Shown piece after piece: positions 8,159 to 15,312 of a DNA stretch of 39,861 nucleotides (position 1 is the stretch's first letter; the number at the start of each line of letters is the position of its first letter). Origin of the DNA: Candidatus Pacearchaeota archaeon (lineage in GTDB: Archaea; Nanobdellota; Nanobdellia; Pacearchaeales; GW2011-AR1). Made by a program: the position numbers and the translations under genes. The DNA lies in contig JBJKQI010000010.1 of the NCBI GenBank assembly GCA_046705565.1, positions 1 through 39,861 on the forward strand, given 5' to 3'. The notes below the pieces were generated by a model. It was not told the DNA's origin, ran no database searches, and worked only from the letters and a program-made list of their open reading frames with translations.

Positions 8159-10951
8159 TTACTTATTTAGAACTTCTTTAAGGAATTTCCCTGTCCAGGA
8201 ATGCGGATTTTTGGCGACCTCTTCAGGAGTCCCAGCTGCAACAATTTCTCCTCCACCATCTCCTCCCTCAGGTCCAAGATCGATTATGTGGTCTGCTGAT
8301 TTTATAACGTCAAGATTATGTTCAATAACCACCATTGTGTTTCCTTTTTCAACTAATTCGTGCATCACTTCAAGAAGTTTTTTAACATCTTCGAAATGCA
8401 ACCCTGTTGTTGGTTCATCTAGAATGTATAAAGTTTTTCCGGTTGTTCGTTTACCAAGTTCTCTGGTTAATTTTATTCTTTGGCTCTCCCCCCCTGAAAG
8501 AGTTGTTGAGCTTTGCCCCAGTTTGATATAACCTAAACCTACTTTTACGAGAGTCTCAAGCTTTCTTTTTATTGAGGGAAGAAATTGAAAAAAGCCAAGA
8601 GCTTCCTCAGTTGACATATCCAAAACATCTGCAATTGATTTGTCCTTGTACTTTACTTCCAAAGTTTCCCGATTATACCTTTTTCCGTGGCATTCTTCAC
8701 ATTCAACATAAACATCTGGCAAGAAATTCATTTCTATTTTGATTGTACCATCCCCCTTACACTTTTCACATCTCCCTCCTTTAACATTAAAAGAAAACCT
8801 TCCCATCTTGTAACCCCTCATTTTTGCTTCTTTGGTCTCTGCAAAAACGTTTCTTATTTCGTCAAAAATCTTTGTGTAAGTTACGGGATTACTTCTCGGA
8901 GTTTTTCCAATGGGGGATTGATCAATAATTACAACCTTGTCAATGTAAGCATCCAGATAAATTCTGTCATGCTCTCCAGGAACTTCTTTGGAAAAGTTTA
9001 TTCTTTTTGCTAAACCCTTGTATAAAATTTCATTAACTAAAGTTGACTTTCCAGAGCCAGAAACACCCGTAACTAAATTTAAACATTGGGTTGGAATTTC
9101 AACATCTATATTTTTTAAGTTGTGCTCTCTTGCCCCTTTTATTTTTATTAGGGGCCCGGGTTCACGTCTAACTGTCGGCACGGAAATTTTTTCTTTTCCG
9201 CTTAAGTATTTTCCAGTTAAAGAGTTTTTATTTTTTTCAATCTCCTTTGGCGTCCCCTCTGCAACAATTTTTCCTCCATGAATTCCGGCACCCGGACCCA
9301 TATCAACAACATAGTCTGCTTCTCTAATGGTGTCTTCATCATGCTCAACTACAACGAGAGTATTGCCTAAATCTCTTAATTTGTGTAGAGTTTCAATTAA
9401 TTTTCTATTATCCCTTTGATGTAAACCAATCGAGGGTTCATCTAGAACGTAAAGAACCCCAGTTAAATTTGAACCTATTTGAGTTGCCAACCTGATTCTT
9501 TGGGCTTCTCCCCCTGAGAGGGTCCCGGCACTTCTTGAAAGTGTTAAGTAGTTAAGTCCAACGTTGTCTAAAAACTCCAACCTATCTTTAACTTCTTTTA
9601 AAATTTGCCTTGCAATTTCTTTTTCTTTTGCTGAAAGGTTTATTGAACTGAAGAATTCTCTTGCATCCTTAATTGAAAGGTCCGTTACATCAATAATTGA
9701 TTTATTATTTATTTTTACGGAGAGAATTTTTTCTTTTAACCTTTTTCCTTTACAAGTCGGGCAAACTGTTGCCCTCATGAATTTTTCGTATTCTCTTTTT
9801 CTGTATTCAGAGGTTGTTTCTTTGAAAAGTCTCTCTGCCTGGGGAATTATCCCTTCCCATCCATTTTCAAAATGCATTTTTGCTCCGCCGGGCCACTTTC
9901 CGTTTATTTCCTTACCCGATCCGTAGAGTAATGCATCCTTTTGCTTTTTGGTAAATTCTTTTATTGGAGTAAATAAATCGAAGCCAAAAGCTTTTCCGAC
10001 AACCGCAATTTGCTTTTGACGCCACGAGTTTTCCATTCGACCATAAATCTTTATTGCACCATCAATGATTGAAATGTTTTCGTCAGGGATTATCAAATTT
10101 GGATCAAACTCTATTTTTACTCCAAGTCCGTGGCAGTCTTCACAGGCACCAAAAGGGGAGTTGAATGAAAACATCCTTGGTTGAAGCTCTTCAAAAACAA
10201 TTCCACATTTGGGGCATGCTAGGTTTGAGGAAAAAAGTTTTTCCTGTTTTTCACCTTTTGCAACCAAGAGTCCTCCTGATTTTGAAAGTGCATTTTCAAC
10301 TGCTTCAGTTAAGCGGGATAAATCTTTTGACTCCACAGAATCAATGAAAAGTTCTATGTCATGCATTTTGTATTTTTCAAGGGAAATTTTTTCGTCTGTT
10401 CTAAAAACAATTCCATCAATTCTTACTTTTGAAAATCCTTCTTTGTTGTAATCTGAAATTAGCTTTTCGTATGTTCCCTTTTTTTGTCTCACAACAGGAG
10501 AGAGGATTGTGATTTCTCCCGGAAATTCTTTTTGAATGTTTTGAGCAATCATTTCAGGTGTTTGGGAAACTATTGCTTCATTGTGGGTTGGGCAATATGG
10601 GATTCCAATTCTGGCATAAAGAAGTCTTAAGTAGTCATAAATTTCGGTTACGGTTCCAACTGTTGAGCGAGGATTTTTAGATGTTGACTTTTGTTCTATT
10701 GAAATTGCCGGGCTTAGCCCTTCAATTGAATCTACATCTGGCTTGTCCATAACCCCTAAAAATTGTCTTGCATACGAGGAGAGGCTTTCAACATACCTTC
10801 TTTGCCCTTCGGCGTATAAAGTGTCAAAAGCAAGTGTTGACTTTCCTGATCCAGATAGCCCCGTTAGTACAACGAGTTTATCTTTCGGAATTGTGAGACT
10901 CACGTCTTTCAAATTGTGCTCTCTTGCTCCCTTAATCTTAATCTCTTTCAT
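8159..10951 (-). CDS. uvrA: Excinuclease ABC subunit A (UvrA)
   Basis: 930 aa with two ABC ATPase modules (GLSGSGKST and GVSGSGKST, LSGGEAQR/LSGGESQR signatures) and Zn modules (CPKC...CEDCHG, CPTCKG, CEKCKGDG...CEECHG). Confidence 0.97.
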   Translation of the reverse strand: MKEIKIKGAREHNLKDVSLTIPKDKLVVLTGLSGSGKSTLAFDTLYAEGQRRYVESLSSYARQFLGVMDKPDVDSIEGLSPAISIEQKSTSKNPRSTVGTVTEIYDYLRLLYARIGIPYCPTHNEAIVSQTPEMIAQNIQKEFPGEITILSPVVRQKKGTYEKLISDYNKEGFSKVRIDGIVFRTDEKISLEKYKMHDIELFIDSVESKDLSRLTEAVENALSKSGGLLVAKGEKQEKLFSSNLACPKCGIVFEELQPRMFSFNSPFGACEDCHGLGVKIEFDPNLIIPDENISIIDGAIKIYGRMENSWRQKQIAVVGKAFGFDLFTPIKEFTKKQKDALLYGSGKEINGKWPGGAKMHFENGWEGIIPQAERLFKETTSEYRKREYEKFMRATVCPTCKGKRLKEKILSVKINNKSIIDVTDLSIKDAREFFSSINLSAKEKEIARQILKEVKDRLEFLDNVGLNYLTLSRSAGTLSGGEAQRIRLATQIGSNLTGVLYVLDEPSIGLHQRDNRKLIETLHKLRDLGNTLVVVEHDEDTIREADYVVDMGPGAGIHGGKIVAEGTPKEIEKNKNSLTGKYLSGKEKISVPTVRREPGPLIKIKGAREHNLKNIDVEIPTQCLNLVTGVSGSGKSTLVNEILYKGLAKRINFSKEVPGEHDRIYLDAYIDKVVIIDQSPIGKTPRSNPVTYTKIFDEIRNVFAETKEAKMRGYKMGRFSFNVKGGRCEKCKGDGTIKIEMNFLPDVYVECEECHGKRYNRETLEVKYKDKSIADVLDMSTEEALGFFQFLPSIKRKLETLVKVGLGYIKLGQSSTTLSGGESQRIKLTRELGKRTTGKTLYILDEPTTGLHFEDVKKLLEVMHELVEKGNTMVVIEHNLDVIKSADHIIDLGPEGGDGGGEIVAAGTPEEVAKNPHSWTGKFLKEVLNK

Positions 10952-11237
10952 CGAGTAAAATAAAAGAAAAATTGCTTTTAAGGTTTTGTGGAACTAGTGA
11001 GAATTAAATATTTTCTTATTCAAAAAGTTATTCGGTGAGCAACTTTTCTTTTTATGTCCTTGGTCGACTTTGTTCACTTAGGTTCCTTTTGGCAAATTGA
11101 AATTCACATTCCTAACTCTCACTTTTACTTTTTTAATAGGTAAATTTTTTTGAATTTGGATTCGGACAATAATGTTTATTTGTTTTTCTTTGATTTTTTA
11201 GGGCATACAAAGTATGGCAAAAAGGCTAATTTTACCT

Positions 11238-11444
11238 AGTTCGTATAATATATCTTGTACGAACTTTTTGTGTATAAACACAAAATATGCGTTCAGAGAG
11301 GCTAAAAATGGATTTATTCGATGCTTTTTTAGGAGACCTCCCAATTTTATTTTAATTTTTTATTTGATTATAAGAACTTTTTGTGTGTGAAAGTATTACT
11401 TGGGAAATGAGTTACTTTATTTAAAAACTCTTGTGGAGACCCCC
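11238..11444 (+). repeat. Two degenerate tandem modules, TA(C/A)GAACTTTTTGTGT ... GGAGACC(T/C)CC
   Basis: TACGAACTTTTTGTGT at 11258-11273 and TAAGAACTTTTTGTGT at 11371-11386 are 15/16 identical. Each is followed about 50-60 nt later by GGAGACCTCCC (11332-11342) or GGAGACCCCC (11435-11444). AGTTCGTA (11238-11245) is the inverted complement of TACGAACT (11258-11265). Confidence 0.6.
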
Positions 11445-11950
11445 TTTTGATTATGCGAATTATTTCAGTGGTTTAAATTGATTTTTTGCTAGGGGCGTTG
11501 GAAAGAAAAGTATGCACTTATTTTTTCTTAGATTATCCGAATTATTTTAAGGGGTTTGCTTAAAATTTGTTAATTTCTTCAGTAATATCTCATTTTCTAG
11601 AAAATTTTGGTCTATTAGGGGTTATATTTAGCCCCTTTCTATTTGGGTGAAACTTTTACCTTGCTTTTTTGAAATTTATTTTATCTAAAAAAAGACTAAA
11701 AATTGCCTACAAAAGACCCCAAAATTTTTAGAAAACTTTCATTAACTTAGGATACCTTTGTTTAAAAAGGCGAAATTTTAGGTTGTTTAAGTTAATTTTT
11801 ATTAGATTTCACCTTTTATTTTCAAAGCTAAACGGCTGTCCAAACAATACAAACACCCTTTTACCGAATATAATGCTGGCAAATGACACCATTGTTTTAC
11901 GCTTAATTCTTTGGGTGTTGGACGGTGTTTATGATTGTTTAAGCCCGTCC

Positions 11951-11997
11951 AAACAGCTGTTTTTAGTCCATTTTTTATTCCTATGCTGTTTAAACAG
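11951..11997. promoter_or_regulatory. Two perfect 12-bp palindromes upstream of the 12121 gene (candidate operators)
   Basis: AAACAGCTGTTT (11951-11962) and CTGTTTAAACAG (11986-11997). Each is followed by GTCCATTTTT(T)ATT (11966-11979 and 12007-12019). Confidence 0.45.
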
Positions 11998-12120
11998 TTA
12001 TTTTTGGTCCATTTTTATTATTAAAATTGGTCTTGAAGAACCCCTTGAAAAAAGGCAAAAATTACCTTTTTCTCGTCAATAAAAGAAAAAGTTTTTAAAG
12101 CAAACATACCTAAAAATAAT

Positions 12121-12759
12121 ATGTTTGGATTTTTCAAGTCAAAAAACAAAATTGAAGAGGTGCAAAAAGAGACCAAATTTGGTTTTGAGGCAGTTAAAAA
12201 GGATATTTTATCTGTTGGTGAGTGGATTAAACACCTTGATTCTGAAAAAAAAGTTCACAGAAATGAGATAAATGAGATAAAAGAGGATTTATCGTCGCTA
12301 AAAGAAGACTTTGAAGAATTAAAAAATATGGTTTCTGTGGTTGTTGATTTAAACACAAACAGCCGTTTAAACAAGCCGTTTAAAACAGATAAGTGGCTGT
12401 TGAATAAACAAACGCCTGTTTATGATGTTCAAACAGATGTTCAAACAGATGTTCAAACACCAAATTTAAGCAGTTTTTCAGTTACCGAAAGAGCAATTCT
12501 TTTAGTACTCTTAAATACTGACATGAAATTGAGCTATGAGGATCTTGCTGCAATGCTAAATAAAGAAAAATCTACAATAAGGGGTCAAATAAACTCCATA
12601 AAATCGAAAAGTGAGAGCTTAATAGAGGAAATAATAGAGAAAAATGGTAAAAAAAGGATATATGTACCTGAAAAAATGAAAGAAAAGATACTCAAAAAGC
12701 AAAAAGTGAGAGTAAAAGAGTCAAAAAAAGACAATAAAAAGAAGAAAAATGAGAGTTAA
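12121..12759 (+). CDS. Coiled-coil protein with a VQTD repeat and a C-terminal winged-helix-like domain (paralog A)
   Basis: 212 aa with heptad-rich N-terminal half (EINEIKEDLSSLKEDFEELKNMV), VQTDVQTDVQT, then ERAILLVLLNTDMKLSYEDLAAMLNKEKSTIRGQINSIKSK, which looks like a helix-turn-helix, and a lysine-rich tail. Confidence 0.7.
   Translation: MFGFFKSKNKIEEVQKETKFGFEAVKKDILSVGEWIKHLDSEKKVHRNEINEIKEDLSSLKEDFEELKNMVSVVVDLNTNSRLNKPFKTDKWLLNKQTPVYDVQTDVQTDVQTPNLSSFSVTERAILLVLLNTDMKLSYEDLAAMLNKEKSTIRGQINSIKSKSESLIEEIIEKNGKKRIYVPEKMKEKILKKQKVRVKESKKDNKKKKNES
12424..12459 (+). repeat. Perfect tandem repeat (GATGTTCAAACA) x3, in frame
   Basis: Read directly: three identical 12-nt units encoding D-V-Q-T x3 within paralog A. 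Confidence 0.95.
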
Positions 12760-12984
12760 AGACAAAAAAATTAAAAAAAGTCCAAAAGTGAGGCTTCTAT
12801 GCAAGGCATAGGATTCAAAACAGAAGGATTTTTATAAAAAAGTGAGGGATTTTAAGGATTTCCCAAGCTAAAAAAGAAAAAGAGGTAAAAACAAAAGATA
12901 AGTAAAAGCATGCTTTGTCGTCGGGAAAGGAAGGGTTGTGTTAGCTGAAGAAAGAAAGTTATTCGTTGTACAGAATTTCTCTCC

Positions 12985-13016
12985 TTTTTGTTTATTTTGG
13001 AGAAAATAAACAAAAA
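12985..13016 (-). terminator. Perfect 14-bp inverted repeat with a 4-nt loop just downstream of the stop at 13018
   Basis: TTTTTGTTTATTTT (12985-12998), GGAG loop, AAAATAAACAAAAA (13003-13016). The stem is all A/T apart from one G:C pair, with T-runs. It sits in the convergent intergenic region. Confidence 0.4.
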
Positions 13017-13017
13017 T

Positions 13018-13710
13018 CTAGAGACTTACTAGTGTTAAGATCGTATTAAGGGATGCAACCTTTTTAAGAGAAGAAGAAATATTTAACTGAATTTCTTTGT
13101 TGTTTATTTTGTTTTTCTCGACGGGAATTCCTTTAATTATGAGCCTTCTAACATAATCACGAAGGGAGCTTTCAGATAATCCGAGAAGGCCTGAGAGGGT
13201 TTTATAATCCGAATGACCTCTCTCTTCATCGAGCTGATAAATTGCACTGAAAACAGTTATTTCTTGCTTAGTTAACCTTTTGAATTTTAATCTTATCTCT
13301 TTTTTTAACGAATCAAGAGAATCTAAGGTATTTATTGCATCCTGAAAAAGGGTTTCTGGGAGATTCTTGGGGCTTTCTCTATATGAAAAACCCCCTTTTT
13401 GGCTTAAAATGTCTGTTTGTCTGTTTGTCTGTTTGTCTGTCTGAACCCCTTCATTTCCATTGGAAATACCCTCTTTTTGGTCATTTAAAGGCTTAAAAAT
13501 GTGTCTATTTGTCTGAATATTGGGCTCCTGCGTCTGAAAAGATTCCCTTTGTGTGGGGATTTCTTTTTCCTCTATAATTCTCATTCTTTTGTCTAAATTA
13601 TAAAAGGCGTTTCCCATTTCTACAATTAGTTCGTCAAACCTTGAGAGCTCCTCCCTTAATTCATTTATTTCTTCTTTTACCTTCAAGAAAGCTCCTTTTA
13701 TATTATCCAT
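13018..13710 (-). CDS. Coiled-coil protein with a QTD/QTN repeat and a C-terminal winged-helix-like domain (paralog B)
   Basis: Same architecture as 12121..12759: VKEEINELREELSRFDELIVEM, GVQTDKQTNRQTD, then LTKQEITVFSAIYQLDEERGHSDYKTLSGLLGLSESSLRDYVRRLIIKG. I prefer the ATG at 13710 (MDNIKGAF...); the track extends to a GTG at 13761. Confidence 0.7.
   Translation of the reverse strand: MDNIKGAFLKVKEEINELREELSRFDELIVEMGNAFYNLDKRMRIIEEKEIPTQRESFQTQEPNIQTNRHIFKPLNDQKEGISNGNEGVQTDKQTNRQTDILSQKGGFSYRESPKNLPETLFQDAINTLDSLDSLKKEIRLKFKRLTKQEITVFSAIYQLDEERGHSDYKTLSGLLGLSESSLRDYVRRLIIKGIPVEKNKINNKEIQLNISSSLKKVASLNTILTLVSL
13411..13442 (-). repeat. 8-nt tandem repeat (GTCTGTTT) x3 plus one imperfect unit, inside the coding sequence
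   Basis: Read directly: GTCTGTTT GTCTGTTT GTCTGTTT GTCTGTCT. The sense strand reads ...ACAAACAG... The unit length is not a multiple of 3. Confidence 0.95.
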
Positions 13711-13763
13711 AAAAAAAGTAAGTTTATTCACTTTAAAAAAATTAAGATAATTAAAAACCACAA

Positions 13764-14030
13764 TTATTGATATTTTCTGTAAGCTTCATAAGCAGAGGAG
13801 GAAAGAATCCATCGGGACCTTTTTAAGTATTGAATACCCTCTTTATTTTTTTTCACCTCGGAAACTAATCCTTTTTTTAATAGCTCCTTTAGAATGTTTT
13901 TTGTAAATTCTTCATCTCTTGCAATCTCTCTTGAAATGTGTGCCGTAAAAAGGGGTTTTGGGCTAGATTGAAAAAGGAGTGTCAGGATTTGCTCTGAAAT
14001 TTTTTCCCTCTTTTGCTTTGAAATTTTCAT
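13764..14030 (-). CDS. small winged-helix DNA-binding protein
   Basis: 88 aa. ISEQILTLLFQSSPKPLFTAHISREIARDEEFTKNILKELLKKGLV...G...Y has the spacing of a helix-turn-helix plus wing. Directly upstream of paralog B on the same strand. Confidence 0.6.
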   Translation of the reverse strand: MKISKQKREKISEQILTLLFQSSPKPLFTAHISREIARDEEFTKNILKELLKKGLVSEVKKNKEGIQYLKRSRWILSSSAYEAYRKYQ

Positions 14031-14089
14031 TTTAACAAAATAAAAAAGTCATAAAGAATTTAATAAGATTTCTAAACAAGAACAAAGGA

Positions 14090-14503
14090 TTATTCTTTAT
14101 TTGAAGTTAAAGAAGGCATTCTAAAATGAGCTGGCAAACCAAGCTCATCCTCTAGCTGAATTGCCTTTATGTTACATTTTATAAGAATCATATTAAATAT
14201 TTCAACTTTAACGTCTTCGTCAAGCTCTTTTTTCTTCCAATTTTTTATAATTTCTTTTGCTTTTCCTGAATCAACGCCAACAATTAATTTACCCTCAAGA
14301 TCAATCTTTGCAATTTTATCTGAGTAATCAAGGGAATATCCAAAAGAAATAGTTAATGCCTTTTGATTGTCTTCTCCTAGCTTGGCCAAATTTTCTTCAA
14401 TAGATTTTACATTCATAGAAGAATCTATTTTTAATTCAGTAAACTCAGAAACAAACCGCTCTGCACTTATTTTTGTTAATCCAAAACCCAAAAATTTAAT
14501 CAT
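14090..14503 (-). CDS. hypothetical protein with a weak SecB-like sequence pattern
   Basis: 137-aa ORF. The alternating beta-like N-terminal half and the ...IFNMILIKCNIKAIQLEDELGLPAHFRMPSL end loosely recall the SecB chaperone layout. This is by-eye similarity only. Confidence 0.45.
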   Translation of the reverse strand: MIKFLGFGLTKISAERFVSEFTELKIDSSMNVKSIEENLAKLGEDNQKALTISFGYSLDYSDKIAKIDLEGKLIVGVDSGKAKEIIKNWKKKELDEDVKVEIFNMILIKCNIKAIQLEDELGLPAHFRMPSLTSNKE

Positions 14504-14555
14504 GATGTTACCAAAAAAACCTTCTTTTTAAAGATTTGTATAAAATTTAAAAAAA

Positions 14556-14816
14556 TTAGATTAAATCCTCTTCGGAAACAACAACAAAATCCCCAATAGC
14601 GATAATTGCTGAATAGGGAATAAGCAATTCATTTGCACTTGATTTTTCGAGGTTCAAATTTTTTGTATAGATTGTAGAGTCTTTCACAACTAAATTTATT
14701 AGCTCTCCAGATTTCGTTTCAAAAGTAACATCTTTTACAAACCCTAGCCTCTTACCCTCTTTAGTAACAATCATTTTACCCAAAATTACATTAAAAGGTA
14801 TTTTTTCTGTTTGCAT
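14556..14816 (-). CDS. PRC-barrel domain protein
   Basis: 86 aa. ILGKMIVTKEGKRLGFVKDVTFETKSGELINLVV...LIPYSAIIAIGDFVVV fits the PRC-barrel pattern (G..V....G..lG.V.Dv......g.i..l.v....iP...v..ig.d.v.v). Confidence 0.75.
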   Translation of the reverse strand: MQTEKIPFNVILGKMIVTKEGKRLGFVKDVTFETKSGELINLVVKDSTIYTKNLNLEKSSANELLIPYSAIIAIGDFVVVSEEDLI

Positions 14817-15018
14817 GCAATTGTTAAAGATAATTTATTTATAAATTTATCTCTATTTGAAAAGGATTTTTAGAGTTTCTAAAATTAAAAGACAAATTTG
14901 AAGGAAGGTAAATAAATTATTAATCGTATAAATGTTATAACTTAAAAATTAATTAAAAATTATATAAACAAAAGAAGTCTGCTAAGTTCTCCTTGTAGTT
15001 TGAATAAAAAAGGTGTCT

Positions 15019-15049
15019 GGGGTGTGTCACACCTTTATTTCTTTTGGAA
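15019..15049 (-). repeat. ORB-like element 1 (inverted orientation)
   Basis: The reverse complement reads TTCCAAAAGAAATAAAGGTGTGACACACCCC. Its first 21 nt differ from ORB-2 at one position, and it ends in a C-run (a G-string on the other strand). Confidence 0.7.
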
Positions 15050-15214
15050 AATAAAAATTTACTGATTTTTGTTTTTTTGTATTTTTATTTTATTTAAAAA
15101 AATTTATATTATATATTATATATTTATATAATCTTTTTATAATATAATAATAAATTAATAACCTATTTAGAAAGATAAATTTATAGTTTTATATAAACTT
15201 GAACTTATACGTCT
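15050..15214. other. AT-rich candidate duplex-unwinding element
   Basis: I counted 9 G/C in the 120 nt at 15061-15180. It contains TA-rich runs such as ATATTATATATTATATATTTATATAAT. Confidence 0.6.
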
Positions 15215-15240
15215 TTCCATAAGAAATAAAGGTGTATTTC
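15215..15240 (+). repeat. ORB-like element 2
   Basis: TTCCATAAGAAATAAAGGTGTATTTC. Confidence 0.65.
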
Positions 15241-15312
15241 TTTTTTAGTAGTCATAATCTTTTATATACACTTTTCATTTTTTTCCGTTGAGGGTTTCGG
15301 GGACTTCATTTT

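Larger units (their letters stand above)
10952..12120. other. 1169-nt region without a convincing ORF, rich in repeats and palindromes
   Basis: The only ORF above cutoff (11783..12082) has a nonsense-like composition. The region holds several repeat families, listed under findings. It lies between the divergent uvrA gene and the 12121 gene. Confidence 0.6.

Noticed and set aside
8211-10958. Seven plus-strand ORFs of 60-120 aa (8211..8531, 8687..9013, 8988..9281, 9564..9926, 10165..10347, 10209..10451, 10743..10958)
   Set aside because: All lie antisense inside the strongly supported uvrA gene. Their composition is low-complexity and typical of shadow frames.
11783-12082. 99-aa ORF inside the long noncoding region
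   Set aside because: The sequence (MFKLIFIRFHLLFSKL...) looks like a translated AT-rich repeat. It has no RBS-like sequence and coincides with the palindromic site cluster, so I treat it as noncoding.
12424-13442. Short tandem repeats considered as a possible CRISPR array
   Set aside because: The units are 8-12 nt and directly adjacent, with no spacers. They are in frame within coding sequence, and no cas genes are present.
906-14030. A large integrated provirus or plasmid spanning the recombinase to the winged-helix genes
   Set aside because: There are no capsid, terminase, portal, conjugation or plasmid Rep genes. The content is mostly repair and membrane genes. Only the much weaker short-repeat hypotheses are kept as findings.
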